NCBI RefSeq assembly: GCF_001194135.2
Contig: NC_068992.1
Span: 37,785,687-37,842,868 of the forward strand
Length of the DNA: 57,182 nt
Source: Octopus bimaculoides
Lineage: Eukaryota
Direction: 5' to 3'
The notes beneath the pieces are model-generated. The model searched no databases. It saw only the letters and a program-made list of their open reading frames with translations, and was not told where the DNA came from. The position numbers were made by a program, and so were the translations under genes. Numbering within the stretch: position 1 is the first letter of the stretch; each line of letters starts with the position of its first letter. Of the stretch, positions 10,621 through 23,200 are shown one piece after another.

Positions 10621-13600
10621 CGTGTCGATATCTGTTGCCTCCAAGAAGTAAGATGGAGAGGAGGTTTCGCTAGGTTCCTCACAGGTACAAGATTTTCTGG
10701 GCAGGAAACACAGACGGGGTCGGGGGCGTGGGTATACTTCTTGCAGAGAAATGGGTGGATAAGGTAATCGAGGTAGTTAGAGTATGCGACAGAATACTTA
10801 AGATTAGATTAGTCCTTCACCATGGGTTAGCAACCATTATCTCGGCCTATGCTCCTCAACCGGGGCTACCCGACGGACAGAAAGACCAATTTTATGACAC
10901 CCTCCTGCAGACTACCTCATCAACGAATGACAGGGACCTTCTCTTTGTGGCTGGTGACTTCAATGGCCATGTTGGACAACATTCAGGGGGCTTCTATGGC
11001 GTACATGGAGGCTATGGTTTTGGTTCCCGCAATGAGGAGGGAACCAGGCTGCTGGAGTTCTGTGATGCAAATGACCTTATGGCCTGCGATACTAACTTCA
11101 GGAAACCTGCCAGTCACCTAGTCACCTACCGTTCTGGCAGGCACACTAGTCAAATTGACTACATCCTCGCCAGGAAAAGGGAAAGATGGCAGCTTAGAAA
11201 TGCCAAAACATTCCCAGGCGAAGAATGTACCCCACAACATAGACTAGTAGTTAGTGACTTCAAGATCAGGGCTAAGTGGCTGCCCAGAAGACGACCAGCT
11301 TCGAGGGTCTGGAAGCTCAAAGATCCTGCGAATGGACAGAGATTTAGAGACTTATTATTCGAAGCCTTCGACGAAACAGAGGGGGATGTAGCTTCACATA
11401 ATGTAGAGGACAACTGGACGTTTCTACGGGACAACCTGCTGAGGGCCACCGACCAGATCTGTGGTTGGTCCCTTCTCGACCGAAAATAACGTCGTGGTGG
11501 AACAATGTTGTTGACAGGGCTATTAGAAAAAAGAAACAGGCTTGGAAAGACAGGAAAAATGGTGGTAGCAGGGAATTGTATCAGACGGCCAGAAGGGAAG
11601 CTAGGCGACAGGTTTATTTAGTCAGAGGGGAAGCAGATAGGAAAAAGTTTGCCAATGTTCAGTGCCGTGAGGACCACAGACTCTAGGTATTTCATGTTGC
11701 AAAACAGTGTGTGAGAGAGAATCGTGATGTCATGGGAGAGAAATGTGTTCGCATGGATGATGGTACGCTTGCACTAAATGAGGCTGCAAAGAAAGTGGTT
11801 TGGAGACGCCACTACGAAAGATTGCTAAATAAACAGAATGAATGGGAGAAAGAGAGTCTGCCGAATGTCGACCCAACAGAGGGACCAGCTATCCGAATAG
11901 ACAGTACCATGGTAGATAAAGCAATTAAGAGTATGAAGACAGGGAAGGCTCCCGGCCCATCAGGAATCACTGCAGAGATGCTGAAAATATCTGGCAGTGT
12001 CGGCTATAGCCTAGTCACCCGTATTGTTAACCAGGTGATACACGAAGGAGTCATACCCAATGACTGGTGTAGCAGCACCATAGTCAACTGCTACAAAGGT
12101 AAAGGTGACGCTTTAGATACAAATAATTGCAGAAGCATCAAGCTTTTAGATCAGGTAATGAAAGTCACGGAGAGGGTCATAGCTCAACTACTTAGGGAGC
12201 GAGTCAGTTTAGATGAGATGCAGTTTGGGTTCGTGCCTGGGAAAAGCACCAATGATGCTATATTTCTGGTAAGACAGCTTCAGGAGAAATACCTAGCCAA
12301 GGATAAACCTCTGTACCTGGCTTTCGTTGATATGGAGAAAGCCTTTGACAGGGTCCCCCGATCTCTCATCTAGTGGTCAATGAGGAAACTAGGGATAGAA
12401 GAATGGTTAGTGAGAGCTGTGCGAGCCATGTACAGAGACGCTGTAAGTAAGGTGAGGGTTGGCAATGAGTACAGTGAAGAATTGCGGGTAGAGGTAGGGG
12501 TCCACCAAGGTTCTGTCCTCAGCCCCCTCCTATTTATCATAGTCCTCCAGGCTATAACAGAGGAATTCAAGACAGGATGCCCCTAGGAGCTCCTCTATGC
12601 TGATGACCTTGCACTAATTGCTGAGTCACTATCAGAACTAGAGGAGAAGTTTCAGGTGTGGAAGCAAGGACGAGAATCGAAGGGCCTTAGAGTTTACCTA
12701 GCTAAAACCAAAATCCTAATAAGTAGGAAGGCATACAAAACACAAACCCGTTCGGGTAGATGGCCCTGCTCGATCTGTAGAAAAGGCATAGGTAGAAACT
12801 CTATAAGATGTACCCAGTGTAAGCTATGGACACAGAAGAGGTGCAGAAATATCAAAGGAAGGTTAACTAGGAAGTTACTTTTCGTTTGTAGCAGATGTTC
12901 AGGAGCTATAAACACTGTGAATGTGCAGAAAACAACTTCTGCCACATTCCAGGGAGAAAAACTAGAAGTGGTTGATAGCTTCTACTATCTTGGTGACCAA
13001 ATTAGTAGTGGGGATGGGTGCGCTAGAATAAGAATAGCCTGGGCAAAGTTCAGAGAGCTCTTACCTCTGCTGGCGACAAAGGGCCTCTCTCTCAGAGTAA
13101 AAGGCAGATTGTATGACGCATGTGTACGAACAGCCATGCTTCATGGCAGTGAAACATGGGCCGTGACTGCTGAGGACATGCGTAGGCTCGCAAGGAATGA
13201 AGCCAGTATGCTCCGATGGATGTGTAATGCCAGTGTGCATACTAGACAGAGTATCAGTACCTTGAGAGAAAAGTCGAACTTATGAAGCATCAGTTGTGGT
13301 GTGCAAGAGAGATGATTGCGCTGGTATGGTCNNNNNNNNNNNNNNNNNNNNNNNNNNNNNNNNNNNNNNNNNNNNNNNNNNNNNNNNNNNNNNNNNNNNN
13401 NNNNNNNNNNNNNNNNNNNNNNNNNNNNNNNNNNNNNNNNNNNNNNNNNNNNNNNNNNNNNNNNNNNNNNNNNNNNNNNNNNNNNNNNNNNNNNNNNNNN
13501 NNNNNNNNNNNNNNNNNNNNNNNNNNNNNNNNNNNGAAGACCAGGCAAGCCAAGTGAGACCTAAATCGAAGGCCTCAGGCAGCCCACTTATACGTACCTT

Positions 13601-13838
13601 TCTTCATTGGACACTAAACTCCGCTTGCGAAGACCTGTTGAAGCAAGTGAAATCGAAATCAAATTAAATTCGACGACTGGCACCCATGCCAACGTCGTCT
13701 CCTTCATTGGAAACGAAACTCGGCTTGCGAAGACCTATTGGGGCAAGCGAAAGCGAAACCTTCAATGGGCTTGCGAAGACTTATTGGGGCAAGCGAAAGC
13801 ACGTGTAAAGACATCCGAGCGAGATCGTTGCCAGTGCC
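10621..13838 (+). mobile_element. Near full-length RTE-clade LINE (APE + RT), inactivated; 3' UTR continues after the gap 13332-13535
   Basis: APE motifs DICCLQEVRW, YAPQ, GDFNGHVG, SQIDYIL, QHRLVV. RT motifs KAPGPSGI, QFGFVPGKST.DAIF, FVDMEKAFDRVP, GVHQGSVLSPLLF, LLYADDL. Several stops and frameshifts. Confidence 0.95.
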
Positions 13839-14477
13839 GTTATGAAGTTTTTCATATTTTAATTGACGTTTTTCGTTTCTTTTTACAATGATATAGTGTC
13901 CTTTTTAGTAGTTCTGATGATAATTATCATTGATTATTTAAAAAAAATTTCAGCATCTCTTAGATAAGATTATACTAATGTCTTTTATTTCTTGACGGTT
14001 ATGTTTTCAGATTTAAGTTTTTCGTAATTTTAATGTTGATTATATTCATATTTTTCATTTCTTATCATCAATTCGTTTGGATTTTTTTTTCAAGGTGTTA
14101 GTTAATATAATGATACTTCTTTTCAACAGTATTTCCAAAAACTTTAGTTTTAGTGAAAGGGTTAGGGTTAGGTTTTAAGGTTACAGAAAAAGTGAAAAAT
14201 GAAGGAATTGAGCGTGGAGTAAAGTGGGAAGGATCGGCAGAAATTTCAAAATTCCGAATTTCCGGAATCTCCATTTCCGAAAACGTGGGTTTTGGGAACT
14301 AAAACGCAAACAAAGAAAACAATGTGCGAGAAAACGGGGAGGGGAACGGGCGAAAGTCTTTCCGCCATGCCTCGGCCGGCCAAAAGAGGATCCTCTCTTG
14401 TCTCCGCCACATGCTTCCTCTTCTGATCAGTCCCTTGACTATTGACGTCATGCTCTCTTCTTCCGACGCATCCCCAC

Positions 14478-14930
14478 ATCATCATCATCGTTTAACGTCC
14501 ACTTTCCATACTAGCATGGGTTGGACGATTTGACTGAGGACTGGTGAACCAGATGGCTACACTAGGCTCCAATTTGGCAGAGTTTCTACAGCTGGATGCC
14601 CTTCCTAACGCCAACCACTCTGAGAGTGTAGTGGGTGCTTTTATGTGCCACCAGCAAGAAGGCCAGTCAGGCGTTACTGGCAACGGCCATGCTCAAAATG
14701 GTGTATTTTACGTGCCACCTGCACAGGAGCCAGTCCAGCGGCACTGGCAACGATCTCGCTCGAATGTCTTTACACATGCCACCAGCACAAGTGCCAGGAA
14801 GGCGACGCTGGGCACAGGTGCCATTGACGGTTTCGCTTTCGCTTGCCCCAACAGGTCTTTGCAAGCCGAGTTTCATGTCCAATGAAAGAGACGACGTTAG
14901 CATGGGTGCCAGTCGTCGAATTTAGTTCAA
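14478..14930 (-). mobile_element. RTE 3' UTR / SINE-like module with (GAT)n tail and internal ~45-bp tandem units
   Basis: Starts on + with catcatcatcatcgtttaacgtcc, the reverse complement of the 3' tail. The same module recurs at 17.8, 20.3, 30.3, 43.1, 44.5 and 49.1 kb. Confidence 0.85.
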
Positions 14931-15074
14931 TTTCGATATATTTAAGAATTCAATTAATTTCACTTTTTCTTTATTTTAATTTATTTTTTTGTTTTAAATG
15001 AATTAATAATTTTAATTTTAGCTGCAATATTTTAAGCTTTAATTTTAATGAGTTTTCCAGGTTTAATTGTTAAA

Positions 15075-17120
15075 AATATTGTCCCTTCTCTATCCTCCCT
15101 CGCTCCCTATGACTCTGATTCTCATAGATGTTTGAAAGAGAATCTTCAAAAGGCATCCCCTGATAATGAACTAAACTAACTGATCCTCGAGAATACTTGA
15201 GACCGGTCTTCATCTCTGATAACATCAGGAAGGCGATTTCATTCTTCCCTGCAGTTTCAGGCCCAGGAATTGATGGCCTTCGGCCTCTGCACTTCAAGGA
15301 TGGTATCTTCTTATCGGCTGGTGACACTGGACTTGAGCCCTTGGTGAAGTTGACTCAGTTTGTGAAATAGTTATTTTCAGCGATAGTCCTCCTTTGTATC
15401 CACACACTATTCTTCAGTGCAAAATTATTCGGGCTCACCAAACCAAATGGAGACCTGCGTCCCATTGCGATTGGCTGCACCCTTCACTGTCTCACTGCAA
15501 AGGTGTGCATACAATTGGTCTTATGCTTTTCCCTCACCCAGCTAGGAGTGGGCACTAATGCGAACTTGCCCTCCTTGTCACCCAAGGCAATCCTCAAACT
15601 GTACTCTGCTCAGTAAGAGAGACGGTCCCACAATACGGCCTTACATGGCAGGCTTATTGGGAGCCCTCCTATCATTCTTTCGGTGACCGAGATATCACCT
15701 CTGCCTCAGGTGTCCAACAGGGCGACCCACTCGGGCCGCTCTGTTTGCACTGGACATTGATGACATCACCAAGATGGGCTTCATGCTAGACAGCTGGTAT
15801 CTTGACGATGCTTGCTTGCGGGGACCTCTGAACAGGGTTCTCGCCTTTGCTAACATGATGGTTTGTGAGCTTGGTCTCCAAATGTGAGCTCTGGATTCTC
15901 ACCCATCCGGATTCTCAACATCAACCAACTATTGACTTTTATTGCGGAGCCCTTCCCTTCCACCACAGTCCCTCCCCCATCGGCCTGGTGTCCTCTAGGT
16001 GCTCCAATCACTGACCTTGCCTTTGAGTCCACGTTCCAGTCGAAGGTGGCTGCCTTTGAGGAATTGCTGAAAAATATTGAAGCTATTGAACCCCAGGCTT
16101 TTTCATACTTAGGAATTACTTCTCCATCCCTAAGCTTTTATATTTACTCAGAGTCATCTTATTTTATTGATTCTCATCGTGTCTCCAATGCTTCGACAAT
16201 CTAATCTTTGATAGACTCGAATGCTTAGTCAATGTCGGACTCTCCCCCATATCCAACGATGAGGCTGCATTACCTAAGCGATTTGGTCTTGGTCTTCATT
16301 GAATGTTCGTCCCTCTCTCAACCCTGCTTCCTTTCCTCCACCCTAGTGAGCAACATCCTTTCCTCTCCAACACGGACGAGTTACAACAGTGAGTTGGATA
16401 AAGCTCTCCAACACTGGAGGGAATTGGGCTTGTCTGATCCTGAGAAGGTGGAAGACAATCGGAGTCAGAGAGCTTGGTACAAAATAATTTCGAAGGATTA
16501 GTTTTGAAGGTGCCGCTTGTCTGCTAGCGCCAAATACTCAGATGACAGGATTGATGTCATCCCTCTGGCTAATGTTGGTGGCCTACTCAGTTTCGACGAA
16601 CTTGGTGTCCCCATTGTCCTCAGAGTGGGAACTGACGTATATGCGTCTCTTCATCTCCAAAGGCCTCCATAGCTTTTCTTGCTACCTGAATACTGGTCTC
16701 CTCGCGCGTCATATGGAGTTGAACCTAAAGAGGAACTTGGCTCGGGCAAACATCCCCTCTATCTTGGTCCCATCTGGATTGTCCTGTGATGGGAAGAGAC
16801 CTGACGGCCTTACCCTGTCTCACAGGTCCCAAAGTGGATGCCTCGTCTGGAATGTCTCAGTTAGCGAGTCATTTGCTTCTCACATCATGGATGCTGCGGT
16901 CAGGGCGATATCCACAAAATCCTGAAATACCGTGATCTGTTTTTCAAATACATTTTCCATCCTGTTGAAAAAGACATTCGATAGGGTCGGACCACTTACT
17001 GTGAGATTCCTGACTTCACTGGCAACTCGCCTTGCAGAGGCTCGTGAAGGCGCTTGGCATCAGCCTCGTCATCACCCGCGGCAACACTGTAAGCGTGCTG
17101 ACATGTCTCAATAGCCATTA
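15075..17120 (+). mobile_element. CRE-clade non-LTR retrotransposon (RT + restriction-like endonuclease), degenerate
   Basis: SGPGIDGLRPLHFKD, TKPNGDLRPIAIG, QLGVGT, GVQQGDPLGPL, WYLDDA, then GLSCDGKRPDGLTL...LVW (PD..D-type nuclease) and RGN near the C-terminus. This motif order fits CRE/SLACS-type elements. Confidence 0.8.
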
Positions 17121-17769
17121 CAAAGGTTTCCCAGCGCGCTCAACTTTTCAAACTAAGTTGGTGAATTGTTTTGTCTGTTTTGTCCCTATGTCCCTTAATT
17201 TTGGCTGCCAACTTGGCCTGTTTGTTGCTGGCAATGTGTTTTCACGTTTTTCTCAGCCACAATGATCATTGGGATTACTGTCGCGGGATATTCTCTGACA
17301 ATCACTTCCTACTCTGGAGGTATGGCAAGGATCGAAATCCTGCTGCTACACATATGCCTTTCATGCAGCAACCCTCTCCAGTCAGGGATTAACTACAGTC
17401 TCCAACAGCTTCATATAGCCACCTAAAGTGAACCTAAGGCTCTCTTCATTAGTTGTCAGATGAATTCCAGTGTGCAGATGTAGTCGGAACACCTGTTGTA
17501 TCATTCCTGTTGGCCATAGCTTTGTAACCTCCAATGCAGTTTTCCATGTCATGTCTTAAAGCATTCAGAGAATACTGAGCAGCAATCATGGTGTTGACAT
17601 TTTGATATCTAGTGCAAACCATGATATAAGTAACTCTTTTCCAATATTCAGATGGTTTCTAGTCCTACATGTCAGCTAACTCTTTCTCAACTGCAACTCA
17701 GTGTTGACTGTTAACCAATGTCAAGCTGTTGTTGTAACAATTGTCAAATTTAGCCAAGTGAAATTGTAG

Positions 17770-18162
17770 ACGTGGCTGATGCTGGTGGCACGTAAAAAAC
17801 ACCTTTTGAGCCACGGAGGAAATGTGGCCGATGCTGGTGTCCCAATACTCGCACCAGTGCCAGTGACATGTAAAAAGCATCTTTAAAATGTTGAGCCTCA
17901 TAGAGGCAATAACACATGACTAAGCTATCTGGCAATATGCCATGCTTGCCTGATTAAGCCACATGAAATCATATTCGTGACAAAGACTGGCGTCATGCAA
18001 ATGGCACCCATGCCAGTGGCACGTAAAAGCACCGATTACACCCTCAGAGTAATTGGCGTTAAGTAAGGCTTCCTGCCTTATTGGAGTCTGGTGCAGTTCC
18101 TCAGCCTTGGTCAATCCATGCAAGCTTGGTCAACAGGCGTTAAATAATGATGATGATAATGA
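17770..18162 (+). mobile_element. RTE 3' UTR / SINE-like module ending in a (GAT)n tail, diverged
   Basis: Contains ggcacgtaaaa units and ends ggcgttaaataatgatgatgataatgat. Confidence 0.75.
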
Positions 18163-18204
18163 TAAATATCTATCTATATATAATATATATACATATATTA
18201 TCAT

Positions 18205-18335
18205 AGAGTGTGTGGTAAGTAGCTTGCTTCCCAATCACATGGTTTCGGGCTCAGTTTCAATAGGGCAAGTCCCTTGTACTATAGCTTCGGGCTAACCAAA
18301 GCCTTGTGAATTGATTTGCTACACGGCAACTAAAA
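18205..18335 (+). mobile_element. tRNA-derived SINE head/core, truncated by the gap
   Basis: gtgtggtaagtagcttgcttcccaatcacatggtttcgggctcag...gggcaagt...ctatagc...caaagccttgtga: a tRNA-like head followed by a CORE-like segment. Confidence 0.65.
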
Positions 18336-18896
18336 NNNNNNNNNNNNNNNNNNNNNNNNNNNNNNNNNNNNNNNNNNNNNNNNNNNNNNNNNNNNNNNNN
18401 NNNNNNNNNNNNNNNNNNNNNNNNNNNNNNNNNNNNNNNNNNNNNNNNNNNNNNNNNNNNNNNNNNNNNNNNNNNNNNNNNNNNNNNNNNNNNNNNNNNN
18501 NNNNNNNNNNNNNNNNNNNNNNNNNNNNNNNNNNNNNNNNNNNNNNNNNNNNNNNNNNNNNNNNNNNNNNNNNNNNNNNNNNNNNNNNNNNNNNNNNNNN
18601 NNNNNNNNNNNNNNNNNNNNNNNNNNNNNNNNNNNNNNNNNNNNNNNNNNNNNNNNNNNNNNNNNNNNNNNNNNNNNNNNNNNNNNNNNNNNNNNNNNNN
18701 NNNNNNNNNNNNNNNNNNNNNNNNNNNNNNNNNNNNNNNNNNNNNNNNNNNNNNNNNNNNNNNNNNNNNNNNNNNNNNNNNNNNNNNNNNNNNNNNNNNN
18801 NNNNNNNNNNNNNNNNNNNNNNNNNNNNNNNNNNNNNNNNNNNNNNNNNNNNNNNNNNNNNNNNNNNNNNNNNNNNNNNNNNNNNNNNNNNNNNNA

Positions 18897-19900
18897 ATAC
18901 GTTTTTTTAATATTTTTATTTTTCAAAATGAAGATAAACATTCTTTTTAAATCTAAAATATACTCTCTTTCATTTTCTACAATGCTCTTGTAGACTTGCA
19001 AGGCCCCTCTTCCAAAATTCACTTATTCTATCTCATCTCCCCATCACCCCTTCGGCTCACTTTACCATATCACCTATAATTGAGTCTGTAATGAAAAATA
19101 GTCCTCCACTACTGTTCTGACCTCGTCCACAGAATTCATATTTTTCTGTCCAAATGATTTTGAAGACTGCGGAATAAATGATAAACAGATGGGGCAATGT
19201 CCAGTGAATACGAGGGATGGGGCATCGTTTCCCATTCAAAACTATTCCAGCCTTGCTGTATTTGGGCGAGCATTATCCAGATGAAAGAACACCATTCGTC
19301 TTGAAACCAAAGATCGTTTTTCTTCCAGAGCTGACTTAACTCGCTCAAGCTGCTTGCAGTTGATTTACTTTGTTATTGTTTGGTTTTGGTTTAAAAGTTC
19401 CAAATGGATTAAACCTTTCATATCTTACCAAGCAGGTAACAACACCTTACGTGCGTAAAAAACCATTTTAGCCTGGGCGGGGGGCGGTGCTTTGATATTT
19501 TTATAGAGAAACCATTTCTCGTCACGAGTCCGAAAAAGGTTCATTCGCGAAAAGTGATAGCAAAAGAGGACACACATATACTCTCTGCGACTTTGTTCAA
19601 CCAGGGTTTGTAGGACGTTAGTTTCTGGCTCGGAATTTCTGGACCTACTTTTGACACTGGCTTACACTTGTTGTCTGATCCCCATATACTGCATTAATAT
19701 TCTTTGCACTTTCGGTTGTGTTGTTGCTTGTTTGAACTCATAAAGCAAAATATGCCGAATATGATCCTTTGTCACGTCCATTATAGCTTTGAAAAATTAA
19801 CTTAAAATCGAACTGCACTGTTGAAAACTTGCAGTAAGAATATAGTACAAGGTATAATTACTACCTGCTTTTATAGCAAGTTGATGTAGGGAGTTTATCC
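18897..19900 (-). mobile_element. mariner transposon, degenerate
   Basis: Minus strand N-terminus DHIRHILLYEFKQ...; C-terminus WETMPHPSYSLDIAPSVYHLFRSLQNHL, the mariner YSPDLAPSDYHLF motif. Boundaries approximate. Confidence 0.85.
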
Positions 19901-20181
19901 CGTCATCCTCCGAATTCATGCAATTGAAGAAACTGCATTAGTTATGGGATGACTCAAATTGATATATATTTCCTGTTTGTATCTGGTTTCTAGGATTCTT
20001 TATGTGAAATTGTGTCTTGGAAGAAATTTTGTTGTCTGGGGAGAATCGTTCTGCTTTAATATCTAACAGGCTCAATTTGCACTCATTTTTTTGTATTCCA
20101 ACAATTTGTCTTCTTTTTGAATCCTTGTACATGGATGTTATCTGTCCGTGTCTGTTATCGGAGCTGCGTTCTTTTTCCCTT

Positions 20182-20187
20182 TGAGAT

Positions 20188-20228
<41 letters not shown>
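20182..20228. repeat. (TG)n microsatellite
   Basis: Read directly from the sequence. Confidence 0.95.
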
Positions 20229-20230
<2 letters not shown>

Positions 20231-20279
20231 ACCAGCGTGCTTATATATGCAAATATATATGTTTGTATGTGTGAATGTA

Positions 20280-23200
20280 TCATCTTCATCATCATCATCA
20301 TCATTTAACGTCCGGTTTGACTGAGGACTGGCAAGCCAGATGGCTGCACCAGGCTCCAATCTGATCTGGCAGAGTTTCTACAGCTGGATGCTCTTCCTAA
20401 CGCCAACTACTCCGAGGGCCAGTCAGACGGTCCTGGCAACGCCACACTCTAATGGTGTTTTTTACGTGCCACCTGCACAAGGAGCCAGTCCAGCGGCACA
20501 AGCAACGACCTCGTTCGAATGTTTTTTTTCCATGTGCCACCGACACAAGTGCCAGTAAGGCGATGCTGCTAACGATCACAATCGAATGTTGCTTTTTACG
20601 TGCTACTGGCACGGGAGCCAGTGAGCGGCCCTGGCAACGATCACACTCGAATTTGATTTCGATTTCACTTGCCTCAACAGGTATTCGCAAGCAGAGTTTA
20701 ATGTCCAATGAAAGAAAGGTACGCATAATTGGGCAGGTTACACCTCTGTCATAGGCAACGGATTATGGTCTTAGGTCTCGGTCACTAGTCATTGCCTTGG
20801 TGAGGCCTAATGTTTGACGGTCGTGCTTCACCACATCATCTCAGGTCTTCCTGGATCTACCTCTTCCACAAGTTCCTTCAACCGGTAGGGTGTGACACTT
20901 CTTCACACAGCTATCCTCATCCTTTCTCACCACGATGCTTCTTAGGTCCAACTTTACTCTCAAGGCGCTTACACTCTGTCATGTATGCACATTGACATTA
21001 CACATCCAGCAGAGCATACTGGCTTCATTCCTTGCAAACTTACGCATGTCCTCAGCAGTCACGGCCCATGTTTCACTGCCATGTAGCATGTCTGTTCGCA
21101 CACATGCGCCATAGTCTACCTTTTACTCCGAGCGAGAGGCCCTTTGTCACCAGCAGAGGTAGGAACTCTGAACTTTGCCCAGGCTATACTTATTTTAGAA
21201 GCTACACTTTCAGAGCACCCACCCCAGCTACTGACTTGGTCACCTAGGTAACGGAAGCTATCAACAACGTCTAGTTTTTCTCCCTGGAATGTGGTAGAAG
21301 TTGTTCTGTGCACATTTTCAGTGTTTATTGCTCCTGAGCATCTGCTACATACAAAACCTATCTTCCCTGCTACCACCGTTTTTACAGTCCTTCCAAGATT
21401 GTTTCTTTTCTCTAATAACCCTGTCAACAACATTGTTCTACCACCATGTTACCTTGAGTCGAGAGGGTGCTTTGCACCATCCACAGATTTGGTCAGTGGC
21501 CCTCAGCAGGTTGTCCCTGAGAAACCTCCAGCTGTCTTCCACATCATGTGATGCTATATCCCCTTCTATTTCGTCAAAGACTTCGAGTAATACATCTGTA
21601 GTGAAACTACCTACCGCCATTAGATACAAAACTGCTATCGCCATTCTTCTCATTTAAATATAAATAAACGCGAGCGTAGTAGAGAACCCATTCCTTGTCA
21701 TCACGTGACTGATCATTATTCGAATCGGCAACTTCTTCGAACCGTTCCCGCCAGAACGCAAACTGACCAATCACGGCCCCTAATAAGGTCACGTGATAGA
21801 GTAAAATTCTGAAGCCATTGGGAGCCGATAGTTTGTTATAAATAGCTTTAACTCGGAGGCCAAATTCGTCTCGGTCCAGTTTCTCTATAGAGACTGTTCC
21901 GTGTACCACACGACAGCAGCAGCAACAATTAGCCAGCGACCACTTCAACAGCTTCGTCCAGCCAACGATGACCACTGCCGTCGCCATATCAGCAACACGT
22001 TTCTACGACTACTACCAAGCAGCCTCAATCACCACCAGCGTCAACACGACTTACTATGTACACCAAACCAAACCTCCGCGGCACATCTCTCTCTTCGATT
22101 CTGTTAGGTGACTTNNNNNNNNNNNNNNNNNNNNNNNNNNNNNNNNNNNNNNNNNNNNNNNNNNNNNNNNNNNNNNNNNNNNNNNNNNNNNNNNNNNNNN
22201 NNNNNNNNNNAAAGAACTGGTATAATTACTCACGTGTTATTGACTCTTTCTATTTGCTGTAATAACTCACATACACATACATGTATCACTCACATACATA
22301 CTTTTCTTTGTACGACGGCCTGTCTTTGATTATGTTCTTATATGTCGCATTCACACTCACACACAGACATACATCTTTAACGCTACAATAAATATCTCTG
22401 TTATTCATCTAATACGGTTGTGGTCTTTCATTACTGGTCATCTATGTTATCGTCGCATAACATATCTTGTATATCATCATTAGATATATATTTTATGTTC
22501 GACCGTGTGACACGTTTAAATAAAAGGAGTCCTCTGTTTTTCCATTCGTCACCATTGCTCCTTTTTTTAGTTCGCACGGTTGTTCCTTACACATCTCTAA
22601 ATCTCTGTCCATTCGCAGGATCCATTTAGCCCTGATCCTGAAGTCGCTAACTAATAGTCAATGTTGTTGGGTATATTCTTTGCCTGGGAAGGTTTCGGCA
22701 TTTATAAACAGCCATCTTTCCCTTTTCCTGGCGAGGATGTAGTCAATTTGACTAGTGTGTCTGCCAGGACGGTAGGTGATTAGATGACTGGCAGGCTTCC
22801 TGAAGTTAGTATTGCCAACCATAAGATCATTTGTATCACAGAACTCCAGCTACCTGGTTCCCTCTTCATTGAGGGAACCAAAGCCATGGATGCCCCCTGC
22901 ATGTTCTCCGTGTCCACTGAAGTCACCAGCCACAAAGAGAAGGTCCCTGTCATTCGTCAACGAGGTAGTCTGCAAGAGGGTATCATAAAATCGGTTTTTT
23001 TATCCGATAGGGAGCCCCGGCTGAGGCTGCTAATCCATGATGAAGGACTAATCTAATCTTAAGTACTCTGTAGTATACTCTGACTACCTCGATTACTTTA
23101 TCAACCCATTTCTCCGCAAGAAGTATACCCACGCCACCAACCCCATCTGTGTTCCCTGACCAGAAAATCTTGTACTTGTGTTCTTTGCCTGTGAGAAACG

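Noticed and set aside
14158-14185. GGGTTAGGGTTAGG telomere-like motif (similar at ~28.53 kb)
   Set aside because: There are only about two units. Such motifs are common inside dispersed repeats, so this is not evidence of an interstitial telomere.
14640-14830. Regularly spaced ~45-bp repeats superficially like a CRISPR array
   Set aside because: The units are degenerate tandem repeats with no unique spacers, lie inside a LINE 3' module, and have no cas genes nearby.
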